Below, piece after piece: positions 38,830 to 49,428 of a stretch of 64,000 nucleotides of DNA. The DNA comes from an uncultured Gammaproteobacteria bacterium (GTDB lineage Bacteria > Patescibacteriota > Patescibacteriia > VMEV01 > CAYQCH01). The notes under the pieces were generated by a model. It worked only from the letters and a program-made list of their open reading frames with translations. It was not told the DNA's origin and made no database searches. The translations under genes were made by a program, and so were the position numbers. Where the stretch lies: contig CAYGRO010000002.1 of the NCBI GenBank assembly GCA_964352335.1, forward strand, positions 13,138 through 77,137. Direction: 5' to 3'. Every line of letters starts with the position of its first letter. Positions within the stretch are counted from its first letter, which is position 1.

Positions 38830-39936
38830 TCAAAAAATGCCTTTAATTGAATCTACTATTCCACCACCATAGGTAGAGATATCTTTGATGGTAATCAAAA
38901 GAATCAGCAAGAGAAGAAAGATAAAACCTGAAGTATGTATAATATTTTCCAATCGGATGCTTACTTTTTTTCGGCGGATTTTTTCAATAATAACAAGAGC
39001 TAATCTTCCTCCATCTAATGCTGGTAAAGGCAAAATATTGATGACAGCTAGATTAAGGGAAAGCAAAGCAGCAAATTGTAATAATTGTGCAAATCCTTGT
39101 TTGGCAACCTGACCTGTAATAACAGCAATACCAATTGGACCTGCAATATCAGCTGGCGCAGAACCAGTTGTTACTAATTGAACAAGTAAAGCACCGAAGG
39201 CTGTGATAATCATCCATAACAGCTCTGCTGTTCTTGCTATTCCTAAAAATGGAGCAATATACCAAGGGTAAGAAACCATTGCTGTGTTTGCTAAACCAAT
39301 ACCTATTCCTTTTTTCTCTAAACCATCTAATTGTTCAGGCTTAACCAATACTGCTTGAGTTGAATTATTTCGAACAATTGTGATTTTATATTCTTCCTGT
39401 TCCGAATTCAAAATAGTAGAAAGTTCCTCAACTGATGAAACGGAAATATCATTTATAGAAATAAACTCATCAGCAATTTCAATTCCAGCCCTTTCCGCTG
39501 GTGCCCCTGGTAATAATTGGACAATTTGTAGTTTTTTATCCGAGATAATTGCTGATTCAGGTAGCTTTGTATCATCTAAAATAGTTGGTGAACCAAATAG
39601 AAGTCCGATAGAAATAAGAACATATCCTAAAAGAATATTCATTAAAACTCCGGCAGATAAAATAAGGGATTTCCAGGCAAATGATTTGTTCACAAAGCTT
39701 CTTGGGTCTTCTGATGTTTCACCATTCTCTCCTTTGATTTTTACATACCCTCCAAGTGGAAGTGCGTTTAACGCATATTTTGTTTCCCCTTTTTTGATGG
39801 AATAAACTGTAGGAGGAAAACCAATGCCAAATTCTTCTACACGACACCCAGCTTTCTTCGCAGCAAAAAAATGACCAAGCTCATGAACAATGACAAGGAC
39901 TCCTAAAACGACGACAAAAATAAGAAATGTAAGCAT
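38830..39936 (-). CDS. rseP: RIP metalloprotease RseP
   Basis: HELGH, PLGGYVKI, PDZ domain, NILPLPALDGG. Confidence 0.95.
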   Translation of the reverse strand: MLTFLIFVVVLGVLVIVHELGHFFAAKKAGCRVEEFGIGFPPTVYSIKKGETKYALNALPLGGYVKIKGENGETSEDPRSFVNKSFAWKSLILSAGVLMNILLGYVLISIGLLFGSPTILDDTKLPESAIISDKKLQIVQLLPGAPAERAGIEIADEFISINDISVSSVEELSTILNSEQEEYKITIVRNNSTQAVLVKPEQLDGLEKKGIGIGLANTAMVSYPWYIAPFLGIARTAELLWMIITAFGALLVQLVTTGSAPADIAGPIGIAVITGQVAKQGFAQLLQFAALLSLNLAVINILPLPALDGGRLALVIIEKIRRKKVSIRLENIIHTSGFIFLLLLILLITIKDISTYGGGIVDSIKGIF

Positions 39937-39961
39937 GGTATCTTTTAGTTAATAAAGTCTA

Positions 39962-40516
39962 TTAAATTGTCATGATTTGTTTTTCTTTCTCTTCTGCAAG
40001 CTGACCAACTTCCTTTGATTTAGCATTCGTAAAATCATCTAATTGTTTTAGATACTTGAATTTTTCATCTTCAGAAATTTCTTTTTCTTTTTCAGCATCT
40101 AAAATGAGTTCTTTTACTTTATCTCGCAATTGACGAAGGGCTACTTTTGCAGCTTCTGCTTTCTTTCCTACTACTTTTACAAGATCCTTTCGATTTTCTT
40201 CCGACATTGGAGGCATTGGTAGACGAATAACTTCTCCATCATTAACAGGTGAAAAACCTAAATTTGACTCAATAATAGCTTTTTCAATCCCCTTTAAAAC
40301 TGTTTTGTCCCAAGGTGCAATCAATAGTGTTTTTTGATCTGGGGCTGTAATGGTAGCAACTTGATTCAATGGCATTGTTGATTCATATGCCATGACTTTA
40401 ACTCCATCTAATACATCTGGGTTCGCATGACCAGATCTAAGATGAGATAATTCTTGTGAAAAATGAGTAATTGTCTCTGAAAAGGCTCTTTTCTTTTGAT
40501 CAATAAATGGGTTCAT
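39962..40516 (-). CDS. frr: ribosome recycling factor
   Basis: LRSGHANP, PWDK, PPMSEENRKDLVK. Confidence 0.97.
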   Translation of the reverse strand: MNPFIDQKKRAFSETITHFSQELSHLRSGHANPDVLDGVKVMAYESTMPLNQVATITAPDQKTLLIAPWDKTVLKGIEKAIIESNLGFSPVNDGEVIRLPMPPMSEENRKDLVKVVGKKAEAAKVALRQLRDKVKELILDAEKEKEISEDEKFKYLKQLDDFTNAKSKEVGQLAEEKEKQIMTI

Positions 40517-40548
40517 AGAGATATTCGTTAAGTTGATGATTTATACCA

Positions 40549-41595
40549 TTATTCTTGCTTTGTGCCAATATAGACTTTTCCTGAAGCATAGTTATCAGGA
40601 AGGATGATTGATGTAGGAAAAGCTGCTAGAAATGGAATAGTTGTCCACGTTTGTCCAAAATTCTTGCTTTGGTAAAAAACAGTTGGAGTCGCATAATAGA
40701 TATTTCCTCGATTTAATGGATCCCAGGCAATTGCTCGAATTTGCTTTTTATCACTTGCTGTTAATAATTCTAATTGTTTCCATACTGGTGGTGATGAAGT
40801 GCTTGTATACAACCCCTGAGAGGTATGCACGAGCATATCATCTGGATTGCCTTGATGAACAATCAAATTTCTATAGATAAGCGGATTTGTAAATTCATCT
40901 ATTGGCCTTTGAATCGATTCCGTTATTTCTGACCAATTGACTCCATTATCAAGTGAACGATAAACCCCTTCTTCGGGCAAGACAACATAAATTCGCTGTC
41001 TACTATTTTTTGCGAGAACTATTTTAGAGATGATTTCTTTAAAATGGTGAACGGCAGACCAACTATTCCCTAAGTCAACGGTTTTTAACAATTCACCCGT
41101 TATTACAGAAGCATAAATGATATTTTTATCTAATGGATCTATCAAAACATCTGTAATAAGACTTCCATTTGGATTTGTATACACTAATTTCCAAATTTTT
41201 CCTTGATCAGTGCTTAGATAAAGTTGATGTAGTCGAGCTGCAATTAGTATAGAATTATCTGTATCAGCAATTGAAAAGGCTTGGATTTGTCCAGATGTTG
41301 TTATTGGAGACCATAGATCACCATTATTTTCTGAAACAAAAAGGCCTTGTGCACCTGTAGCCGCATAGAGTCGAGAACTTACCTTCGTATCCATTTGTAA
41401 ATCGAAAATAGATTCACGCGATAAAAGTGATGGAGTGAATTGTGGGTCAATCGTATTTGAAGCTAGCCAAGTTGTACCAAAATCTTCTGAACGATAAACT
41501 CCCGCTTGTGACCGCCCAGTATTTGGACAAGACGCACCTAAGAAAACAAGTGCGGAAAGAAGGATGGAAAGTTGTAGTGTTTTTAAATTAAACAT
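40549..41595 (-). CDS. BNR/Asp-box beta-propeller lipoprotein (Ycf48/VPS10-like)
   Basis: Lipobox LGASC; repeated SxDxGxxW boxes. Confidence 0.85.
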   Translation of the reverse strand: MFNLKTLQLSILLSALVFLGASCPNTGRSQAGVYRSEDFGTTWLASNTIDPQFTPSLLSRESIFDLQMDTKVSSRLYAATGAQGLFVSENNGDLWSPITTSGQIQAFSIADTDNSILIAARLHQLYLSTDQGKIWKLVYTNPNGSLITDVLIDPLDKNIIYASVITGELLKTVDLGNSWSAVHHFKEIISKIVLAKNSRQRIYVVLPEEGVYRSLDNGVNWSEITESIQRPIDEFTNPLIYRNLIVHQGNPDDMLVHTSQGLYTSTSSPPVWKQLELLTASDKKQIRAIAWDPLNRGNIYYATPTVFYQSKNFGQTWTTIPFLAAFPTSIILPDNYASGKVYIGTKQE

Positions 41596-42571
41596 GTAAG
41601 GCAAAAGACTCGAGTTGAAGTCTTAGATTAGTACTTGTCGTGATTTGAAATAAAATATCTGAGAGCTGATCTTGTGCAGTAATAATTTTTTCATCAGTAA
41701 GGTTCTCAAACTGTAAACCAGAAAGCTCCGTGAAGAATAAGAGATCTGTTCTTTGTAATTTTAGCATAAGTAAGTCTCTTAGGAGTACTTTCCATAATTC
41801 AATTCTCTCATTCCATATTTTTTTTTGTTCACTAGGAGTCTTTTTTTTCTCTTTAAATAACGTTTCAATAATCTTTAGTCGTTTTCCAGGAGTCGTAGAG
41901 ATAAATTGAATAAAAAGCTCTCTTTCTTCGTTGAGTGATGATAATGCTGTTTCATCATGAACGAATTCTTGATAATTCCCTGGTAATTGTCTCGATTTTT
42001 GCCATAATTTTAGATCACCAGGATATTCATCTGGTGAAATTGCAGTAAATTCTATGACAGAACAACGCGAAATAATGGTTTTAGGTAATCGTGCAGGATA
42101 GCGAGAGAGTAGAAAAATGGCACAAGAAGCGGGTGGCTCTTCTAATGTTTTTAATAAAGCATTGCTTGCTCCATTCGACATTAAATCAGCATCATCAATG
42201 ACAAGATACTTTCGTTCCCCCATAACAGCAGATCTATAGGATTGTTGAATAGCAGTTCTTATCAATTCAACTGATAGATTTTGCTTGTCTTCTGGTTTAG
42301 CCACAAATAAGACATCTGGATGAGATCCTTGAAGAATCATTTTACAAGAATGACATTGTTCACAAGCGAGCTTATTAGTTGTTTGTTCTCCACCAAAAAG
42401 TGAATCTGAGGCGTCTTGAGTACAGAGAAACGACTGAATGAGCGCTGAAACTACTGTTCGTTTCCCTATTCTGGCTGGACCGCTAAATAAATAGCTCTGA
42501 CCTAGTGAGTTTTGGTCATGCAGATTTTGAAAATAGGAGATGATTTTGCTATGGCCAATGAGCTCAGGCAT
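41588..42571 (-). CDS. holB: DNA polymerase III delta' subunit
   Basis: YLFSGPARIGK, zinc C..CEQCHSC, HPD, NALLKTLEEP, TIISRC. Confidence 0.92.
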   Translation of the reverse strand: MPELIGHSKIISYFQNLHDQNSLGQSYLFSGPARIGKRTVVSALIQSFLCTQDASDSLFGGEQTTNKLACEQCHSCKMILQGSHPDVLFVAKPEDKQNLSVELIRTAIQQSYRSAVMGERKYLVIDDADLMSNGASNALLKTLEEPPASCAIFLLSRYPARLPKTIISRCSVIEFTAISPDEYPGDLKLWQKSRQLPGNYQEFVHDETALSSLNEERELFIQFISTTPGKRLKIIETLFKEKKKTPSEQKKIWNERIELWKVLLRDLLMLKLQRTDLLFFTELSGLQFENLTDEKIITAQDQLSDILFQITTSTNLRLQLESFALHV

Positions 42572-42578
42572 ATGAAAT

Positions 42579-43592
42579 CTATTTTGTAGCAAGGACAGAT
42601 CGTTTATAAGAGTCGAGGTTTTCTAAAGCAATACCAGTACCACGTGCCACACAAAGTAATGAGTCATCAGCAACATAGCCTGAAACACCCGTTGCACGAG
42701 TGAATAATTTATCGATATTTCGTAGAAGACTAGATCCCCCAGAAAAAATCATTCCTTTATCCATGACATCTGCTGATAATTCTGGTGGAGTTTTTTGTAA
42801 AACATCTTTTGTCGCTTGAATAATCCCTTCTAATTGAGGTTGAATCGCTTCTGTAATATCGTCTGAACTAATTCTAATTGTTTTTGGCAATCCTGTAATC
42901 ATATCTCGCCCTCGAACATCCGTATAAAGTTTGTCATCTAAATACAAAGCTGATCCAATCTTAATCTTAACTTGTTCTGCTGTTTGCTCCCCTACAGCTA
43001 ATCCATATTTTTTTCTCAAATGTTCTGAAACAGCTTGGTCTAATTTATTTCCACCAATACGCACCGATGTTGATGCTACAATTCCACCAAGAGAAATGAC
43101 CGCAATTTCGGCAGTTCCACCACCAATGTCGACAATCATATGACCAGATGCACCACCAATAGGGATATTTGCTCCAATAGCGGCAGCTACGGGTTCTTTG
43201 ATAATATAAGCGGCTTTGGCTCCAGCAGCGATGGTCGCATCGATAACAGCACGTCTTTCTGTAGAAGTAATTCCAGCAGGAACAGCCACCATTACTTCGG
43301 GACGCAAAAATCGTAAACCACCTAAAGCTTTGTTAATAAAGTATCGTAACATCGCTTCTGTCGTTTTATAATCAGCAATTACTCCATCTTTTAATGGACG
43401 AGAAGCAACAATTGTTTCTGGTGTTCGCCCAAGCATTTCTTTGGCTTCAGCACCAACAGCTAGAACTTTTTTATCTAATGTTGAAATGGCAACAACAGAT
43501 GGTTCATTAATAACTATTCCACGTTTAGGGATATACACCAAAACATTAGTTGTACCAAGATCAATTCCAATTTTTTTCACGAATAATGACAT
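42579..43592 (-). CDS. mreB: MreB/Mbl actin-like protein (canonical active site)
   Basis: IGIDLGTTN, IKEPVAAAIG, DIGGGTAE, SGGSSLL. Confidence 0.96.
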   Translation of the reverse strand: MSLFVKKIGIDLGTTNVLVYIPKRGIVINEPSVVAISTLDKKVLAVGAEAKEMLGRTPETIVASRPLKDGVIADYKTTEAMLRYFINKALGGLRFLRPEVMVAVPAGITSTERRAVIDATIAAGAKAAYIIKEPVAAAIGANIPIGGASGHMIVDIGGGTAEIAVISLGGIVASTSVRIGGNKLDQAVSEHLRKKYGLAVGEQTAEQVKIKIGSALYLDDKLYTDVRGRDMITGLPKTIRISSDDITEAIQPQLEGIIQATKDVLQKTPPELSADVMDKGMIFSGGSSLLRNIDKLFTRATGVSGYVADDSLLCVARGTGIALENLDSYKRSVLATK

Positions 43593-43593
43593 A

Positions 43594-45468
43594 TCAGGGT
43601 TTGAATTTTAGTGTATAAGTAGTATCTCGTAGTGGGCTATCTGTAAAGAATAATTTTTTGTTTGCTTCTGTTTCATAAGAAACAGCTGATGGAGCAAAGG
43701 AGAATAATTCCTTTTGTGATTGAATAGAAAACGTTGTTTCAATAGGAGCGACACCAGATTGCTTTTGAATAAGTAATGAGTATTTATTTTCTCTCTTTAT
43801 CTTCTCCGATAACCAAGCTGGTAATTGATATTCGATTGTGGCGAAACGTTCTTGACCAGGTTCAACAGATACGAATCCAGCAAATACCGTTTTATCAAAT
43901 TCTTCATAGACAGTTGGTCTAATATAATTACTAGATTTATCTTCTTCTACAAAACCAGATGATGAAAGTAATTCTGATCCAAGCGGAGTATAGATTCTTG
44001 TATAAGTCCGATATCTTGTCGTTCGATAATCAAAGAATCCATTGTTTTTGTAGCGAATCGTAATGCGTCCCTTCCATGTACCATTATCATCTTGTATCAG
44101 CGTATACTCATGTTTTCTTTCAACTAATCGATCGGTCTTTAAAGCACCTAAATTGGCATCGAAAACACCGATAAAATCAGTCTTCTCTTGTCTTAATAGA
44201 CCTGCCCATTCTTTAGATTCAATAAAGGATTGCAATTGTGGATCTGAAGTATAAACGAGAATTTCTTTCCGGTCTAATACGTCTAAGGAAATCGAAGCAA
44301 ATTCAAGAAATTGGTCACTTGAGAAGTTAAAAACACGCTGTAATAAGGCTTGGGCCAAATCATTAATAATGGTTTTTCTCTGCTCATCTGTAAGTCCAAT
44401 GCGCCAAAATTCTTGTTCTACACGATGTTGAATGGCGTCAATTAAATTATTTTCATCAAATACAATGGAATCAACTTCTATTGGACCTGTGAATTTTAAG
44501 AATTCTTGGATAAGAGATGGTGTAACAGCAATAACCGTATCTATCCCCTCTTCTCTTGTTTCAAATTCATAAAGCTTGATTGCTTGTTTAGCTGATGTAG
44601 GAAAATCTGGTGACCAATTTGCATCTCTAAAATACCAAAAATTTACATCTGCGTATTTCTGAATCGGTTCAGGTGCTTCATACTCTTCTCTGCCTAAAGC
44701 AAAGACATCCACATTGTAAACATCTTCTGTATAAAATTGTTCTAAGACACCTTTATTGAATCTAATTCTTCCGAATGAACCGATAAAACCACCAGTCGGA
44801 CGTAATTCATGGGGATTCTGTAATAGAACTAGTATATCGTGTGGCTGTTCAGCACCAAGCATTGTTGGTAATTGCTCTAAAAATGGTTTGTAATTTTCAA
44901 CGAATTGAACAAAGTCAGCATCCAATAATTGTTTTTGAAGTAATCTAATTTCTGATTGAATAGATGCTGGAAATAATTCGATATGAAGATTTTCAATTTC
45001 AATTGCCGCCAATTCTAAATGTTCAATTGCTTCCATAATATCCTCATGGACAGATAAATAAGCTGCCGGAGCTGTTTTTAAATCAATTGAGTCTAAAGAA
45101 AGTGATTGACTAATCGTTGATTCCACTAATTGATTGGCAATAAAGTCTAGTGATGCCGTTAAATTAACTCCTGCAGATAAGAGTTCTTCATAAACAATAT
45201 AATCAGAATTGAAAGGAGGAATATACCGTACCCAAAATGAAGGTTTTTGCAATTTTTGTGCAGTTTGTAAGTGTTTTGTCGTATTTGATAATTCTACAAA
45301 TGCGCGGTCATATTCTTTGGCTTGCAAGGCATTAAAGGCAAGATTAATTGAATCTTTCGCTTGTAATGCCTGACGAGCACTGAACACAAATAGAATGGCG
45401 CTTATAGCAATTGATGCTAAAAGTACAATTGTGGATGTAATCAATAATGCTTTTGTTATTGGTTTCAT
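43594..45468 (-). CDS. DUF4012-domain protein
   Basis: LLQNPHELRPTGGFIGS, RDANWSPDFPTSA; N-terminal TM. Confidence 0.88.
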   Translation of the reverse strand: MKPITKALLITSTIVLLASIAISAILFVFSARQALQAKDSINLAFNALQAKEYDRAFVELSNTTKHLQTAQKLQKPSFWVRYIPPFNSDYIVYEELLSAGVNLTASLDFIANQLVESTISQSLSLDSIDLKTAPAAYLSVHEDIMEAIEHLELAAIEIENLHIELFPASIQSEIRLLQKQLLDADFVQFVENYKPFLEQLPTMLGAEQPHDILVLLQNPHELRPTGGFIGSFGRIRFNKGVLEQFYTEDVYNVDVFALGREEYEAPEPIQKYADVNFWYFRDANWSPDFPTSAKQAIKLYEFETREEGIDTVIAVTPSLIQEFLKFTGPIEVDSIVFDENNLIDAIQHRVEQEFWRIGLTDEQRKTIINDLAQALLQRVFNFSSDQFLEFASISLDVLDRKEILVYTSDPQLQSFIESKEWAGLLRQEKTDFIGVFDANLGALKTDRLVERKHEYTLIQDDNGTWKGRITIRYKNNGFFDYRTTRYRTYTRIYTPLGSELLSSSGFVEEDKSSNYIRPTVYEEFDKTVFAGFVSVEPGQERFATIEYQLPAWLSEKIKRENKYSLLIQKQSGVAPIETTFSIQSQKELFSFAPSAVSYETEANKKLFFTDSPLRDTTYTLKFKP

Positions 45469-45470
45469 GT

Positions 45471-46286
45471 TTATTTGGTCTTAGAGTTCCCTCTATATTT
45501 ATGTAAATAACGCAACCAATCTTTAATATGAATTCTTGTTGCCTTACTTGTTAAACTTTTAAATCCTCGTTTATGCGCCGATTCACGATGATAATAATGA
45601 ATCGCATTAACCCCTGTATAATAATACACTTTCCAACCAGCGTCCCAACATCTTCTACACCAATCTACATCTGTGAAGTAGAGGAAAAATCGTTCATCTA
45701 ATAAACCAATTTTTTCTAATGCTTCTCGGCGTATTGTAAGACAAGATCCTTGTACCCAATCTACTTCGCGACAAGTTTTTCTATCCCACTCACTCATGAC
45801 AAAGTGATCGATATGTTTTTTTCCAAAACGGGTTTTTTGCAATAAGGAATTTCGCTGAAATATTGGTGTAAATAATTTCAAAAACCTCCAAGCACCTGGC
45901 TGTAAACTTCCATCTGGGTTTTTTAATTGTACAGTTGTCATTCCAACTTCCTTATTCTCATCCATGAATTCGATTAATTGATCGAAAATAGGTTCTAAAA
46001 AAACAACATCAGGGTTGATAATCATTATATGTCGACCAGTGCTTTCTTTAATTCCGATATTATTCCCTTTTGCATGACCATAGTTTTTCCCTGATTGAAT
46101 ATAGCGCACTTCCGGAAATTGAGTAGAAACAAGTTCCTCGCTTCCGTCGCCACTATTATTATCAACCACAATAACTTCAATAGCTTTATTGACTGGGTGC
46201 TCAAAAATACTTTTAAGACAGTTTTTTACCAAACCGCCCATTTTATAATTGAGGATGATAATGGATAAATCTGGTTGACTAGACAT
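45471..46286 (-). CDS. GT2 glycosyltransferase
   Basis: VVDNNSGDGS, INPDV, LDERFFLYFTDVDWCRR. Confidence 0.93.
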   Translation of the reverse strand: MSSQPDLSIIILNYKMGGLVKNCLKSIFEHPVNKAIEVIVVDNNSGDGSEELVSTQFPEVRYIQSGKNYGHAKGNNIGIKESTGRHIMIINPDVVFLEPIFDQLIEFMDENKEVGMTTVQLKNPDGSLQPGAWRFLKLFTPIFQRNSLLQKTRFGKKHIDHFVMSEWDRKTCREVDWVQGSCLTIRREALEKIGLLDERFFLYFTDVDWCRRCWDAGWKVYYYTGVNAIHYYHRESAHKRGFKSLTSKATRIHIKDWLRYLHKYRGNSKTK

Positions 46287-47148
46287 ATCGGCGTTTAATC
46301 ATTTTAGGGGCTTGTTCAATTACTTCTGGTACAACAGTGAGGGTTTTAGGAGAAGTAATTAAGAGAAAGCAGAATTTCAATAATTCATAGACAGCAATAA
46401 CAGGTAAATTTAGAAATCTTGCATGTTTAAATAGTATAAATAAATGATTTTTGTAGGAATTCTTTTTGATATATTCAGCTCTATACAATCGAGAACTTTG
46501 TTTAGAACCTGTTCTTTGATGATACCCAATCGCTTTAGAAGCAAATTGTGCTTTCCATCCCTTTTTATTTAATCGTTCAGCAATGTCGACATCTTCTTTA
46601 TACATAAAAAAGCTTTCATCAAAGTATTCCTTGTTTTCGTAGGCAATCGAATCTAAAGCTTTTCTTCGATAGAGCGCACAAGATCCACTTATCCCCCAGA
46701 CAGTTTGATCCGTTGAATCATTGCGCTCTTTGTATGCGTAAAAAAACAGTTTCTTGATCCCTGTTGTATCAATAATATCTTCATTTTTGGAAAAATAAAG
46801 CTTTGGACCAATAGATCCTATTGATTGATCTGTTGTAAAGGACATTATTTCTTCTAATGCATTTGGCTTAAGCTCAACATCTTGATTCAATACAAGAATC
46901 CATGGTGTATCTGATTGGTTGATGACAATATTATGTGCTTTACCAAAACCAAGATTTTCATTCTGTTCGATAAATTGCACTTCAGGATAGCTCTTTTTTA
47001 TTCGTTCAATAGTTCCATCTGAAGAATGATTATCAATAATCTGAATTTCAAAATCTCGAAATGTTTGTGCTCTGAGAGAATCTAAACAAGAGACAAGATC
47101 ATTGCCTGGATTATAGGTAACAATACTAATGGTAAGTGTTTTAGACAT
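46279..47148 (-). CDS. GT2 glycosyltransferase
   Basis: IDNHSSDGT, LNQDV, FDESFFMYKEDVD. Confidence 0.93.
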   Translation of the reverse strand: MSKTLTISIVTYNPGNDLVSCLDSLRAQTFRDFEIQIIDNHSSDGTIERIKKSYPEVQFIEQNENLGFGKAHNIVINQSDTPWILVLNQDVELKPNALEEIMSFTTDQSIGSIGPKLYFSKNEDIIDTTGIKKLFFYAYKERNDSTDQTVWGISGSCALYRRKALDSIAYENKEYFDESFFMYKEDVDIAERLNKKGWKAQFASKAIGYHQRTGSKQSSRLYRAEYIKKNSYKNHLFILFKHARFLNLPVIAVYELLKFCFLLITSPKTLTVVPEVIEQAPKMIKRRYV

Positions 47149-47153
47149 AGAAT

Positions 47154-47408
47154 TTATTCACATTCAATCCAACCTCGATCTTGTAAATCACTTTTATCAA
47201 AATATTCTTCGTCATCAGTTTTATTATCTGGCCCAGTGACACTTGGTACTTGTCTCATTTCCCCAGTTTCAGGATTACACATATCAACAATATCGGCCGT
47301 GCTTAAATAAAATTCTGGATCAGGTTCTTCATATGAATAGAATTTGTATCCAATGTACGAAGCAGAAACAAGAATTACGAAGATGATAGCAATTGTTTGT
47401 TTTTTCAT
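47154..47408 (-). CDS. small membrane-anchored hypothetical protein
   Basis: N-terminal TM, acidic domain with two Cys; in operon. Confidence 0.6.
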   Translation of the reverse strand: MKKQTIAIIFVILVSASYIGYKFYSYEEPDPEFYLSTADIVDMCNPETGEMRQVPSVTGPDNKTDDEEYFDKSDLQDRGWIECE

Positions 47409-47424
47409 ATAGAGATGATAATAA

Positions 47425-48918
47425 TTATTTACGAACCTTCTCTGTAACCCAGAACCCTAAATACTTCCCTGTCATTAATCTTGTTTGTGCGGCGATTGCA
47501 GGAATAGCTCCCCAGATAATTAAAGTAATTGGTAAAAATGCCCATTGAATAATCATGGCTAAATGTCTCCATTTTGAATAATTTTCTGGTCTTGGTGGCA
47601 AAAGCAATAAGCTGAAAAAACCAGTGACAAAAATTCCGACCATGCTTAGGCCTAGAATATTTTCCAAAATAAAGGGACTCGCTTGTGCTAATGCCGTTGA
47701 CTCAATATGTGCTGGAGCAACATAAAAAGGTAAATACCCTAAAACCACAAGAACCACCGGCACAGTTGCCCATGAATACATTCCTTCTGTTAAGTTGATG
47801 AGATATTTCATTTTCTTTTGGAAAGGAATTCCATGGTCACGTTTGAAAAAATGCCAAACCATATACGGAAAATGTTCGGTTCCATAGGCCCATCGTCTTT
47901 GTTGTTTATACAAATTTTTCACAGCCCCCATATAGGTTTCCGCTTGAACAGAATCCATAGAAATAGGTACATACATTGGAGTCACCGTGAAATCGCCTTT
48001 ATAGTGAATAAAACATTGTAAAAAAATACGAGAATCATCGGTTACGATATCTCTTTGCCAAAACCCGACATCAACGAGTGCTTTCATACTCATCGCATGA
48101 GAAGAAAAGGTGAATAATCGATCTGGACGCGCAAGGTCGGTCATTAACCAAAAGGTTGTTCCAAAAGCAGCAATACGAGCAAAAAACGGAGATTCCCAAA
48201 TATTATTATTGTACAAAACGACTGGTTGATATGCCGTTCGAGTTGGGTTTGGGACAGTGAGGTATTTATAAGTCAAAGAACTAAAATATTCTTTATGAAC
48301 AACAGTATCAACGTCAAAATAGGAAACAATTACATCTTCATATGCAATACCTTTTTCGTCCAAAAGATCTTTAGCGATATGACCAGCCCAATGCGCATTC
48401 GCTCCTTTTCCTTTCATTTCCCCGGTAATACCATCTGGATGTTCCGTGGTCACAATATCCATGAAAATATCTTTGTATTTATCATAAATTCTTTGTGGCA
48501 CATCTTTTGTTTCATCCCCAGCCCGTTCTTCTTTACTAATCACAAGCATGATTTTATCACTAGGATAATCTGCATTACGATATGATTCAATCGATGTTTC
48601 TAATACTTCATAGGATTCTTCATAAGTTGGAAGAATAACCAAATGATACAATTCTCTTGTTGAATCTTTTGTAACCTCTTTAAGCATTGCATTCCATGGC
48701 TGGCTTATTTCTGATTTATACCGTCTCCATCCAATGAATGTAAAAATAACAAAATAGATTACACGAAAAAACCACAGTAAAGCGAAAATGAGGATAAAGC
48801 TCATCACCCATAATGGTTTTACGAAACTGAAAAAAATTGTCCCAATAAAAGTAGACCAGATTAAAATACCTGGGATCATTTCTAAAAGTCGATATTGTTT
48901 AACAGGATTTATGATCAT
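47425..48918 (-). CDS. integral-membrane processive GT2 (cellulose-synthase-like) glycosyltransferase
   Basis: KGKGAN, FDVD, VTDD, QQRRW (QxxRW); flanking TM helices. Confidence 0.88.
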   Translation of the reverse strand: MIINPVKQYRLLEMIPGILIWSTFIGTIFFSFVKPLWVMSFILIFALLWFFRVIYFVIFTFIGWRRYKSEISQPWNAMLKEVTKDSTRELYHLVILPTYEESYEVLETSIESYRNADYPSDKIMLVISKEERAGDETKDVPQRIYDKYKDIFMDIVTTEHPDGITGEMKGKGANAHWAGHIAKDLLDEKGIAYEDVIVSYFDVDTVVHKEYFSSLTYKYLTVPNPTRTAYQPVVLYNNNIWESPFFARIAAFGTTFWLMTDLARPDRLFTFSSHAMSMKALVDVGFWQRDIVTDDSRIFLQCFIHYKGDFTVTPMYVPISMDSVQAETYMGAVKNLYKQQRRWAYGTEHFPYMVWHFFKRDHGIPFQKKMKYLINLTEGMYSWATVPVVLVVLGYLPFYVAPAHIESTALAQASPFILENILGLSMVGIFVTGFFSLLLLPPRPENYSKWRHLAMIIQWAFLPITLIIWGAIPAIAAQTRLMTGKYLGFWVTEKVRK

Positions 48919-48921
48919 GTA

Positions 48922-49332
48922 TTAAAGTGTTGAAATTTGATTTAAACCGATGATAACGAGAGCAGCTAAGGTAATAAACTGGAGAACAAGTGTCATTAAA
49001 ATAATTCTTCCTCGTCTTCTACGAGCAAATAGAATTGGTAAAAAAACACCGAGCAAAAATGTCACGGTAATAGATAATGGAATCCCAATACGCCATAATG
49101 AACTTTCGTATTGAATAAGTCCTTGATTATAAGGTGTTCCAAATACTTTATTTACCAAAAAAGCAGTTGAAAAGCCTCCTAATACAGATAAGGTATAGCT
49201 TAAAAGCATTGGCCAAAAGATCGGTGATCGCTCAGGAGCGAGGCTTCTTGTTGTTTCTACTACTCGTTCTACCATGGGAGATTGCTCTACCGCTGGTATA
49301 TCCTGAAAAGGTTGTTCTTGGGTTTTCATCAT
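48922..49332 (-). CDS. hypothetical 3-TM membrane protein
   Basis: Three hydrophobic helices. Start at 49332 is supported by the promoter at 49361-49389. Confidence 0.65.
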   Translation of the reverse strand: MMKTQEQPFQDIPAVEQSPMVERVVETTRSLAPERSPIFWPMLLSYTLSVLGGFSTAFLVNKVFGTPYNQGLIQYESSLWRIGIPLSITVTFLLGVFLPILFARRRRGRIILMTLVLQFITLAALVIIGLNQISTL

Positions 49333-49360
49333 AAAATTCCCCAGGTTTTGGGGTGAGTAC

Positions 49361-49389
49361 AATTTACCATAAATAAACAACAAAATCAA
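49361..49389 (-). promoter_or_regulatory. sigma70 promoter
   Basis: Minus strand TTGATT-17bp-TAAATT with TG extended -10. Confidence 0.5.
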
Positions 49390-49411
49390 GCCATTTTTAG
49401 CTTGATTTTGT
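49380..49411. terminator. hairpin, probable terminator
   Basis: acaaaatcaagc-N8-gcttgattttgt perfect 12-bp stem downstream of ORF 49429-49836. Confidence 0.6.
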
Positions 49412-49428
49412 CAAGAAAACTAGGTCAA

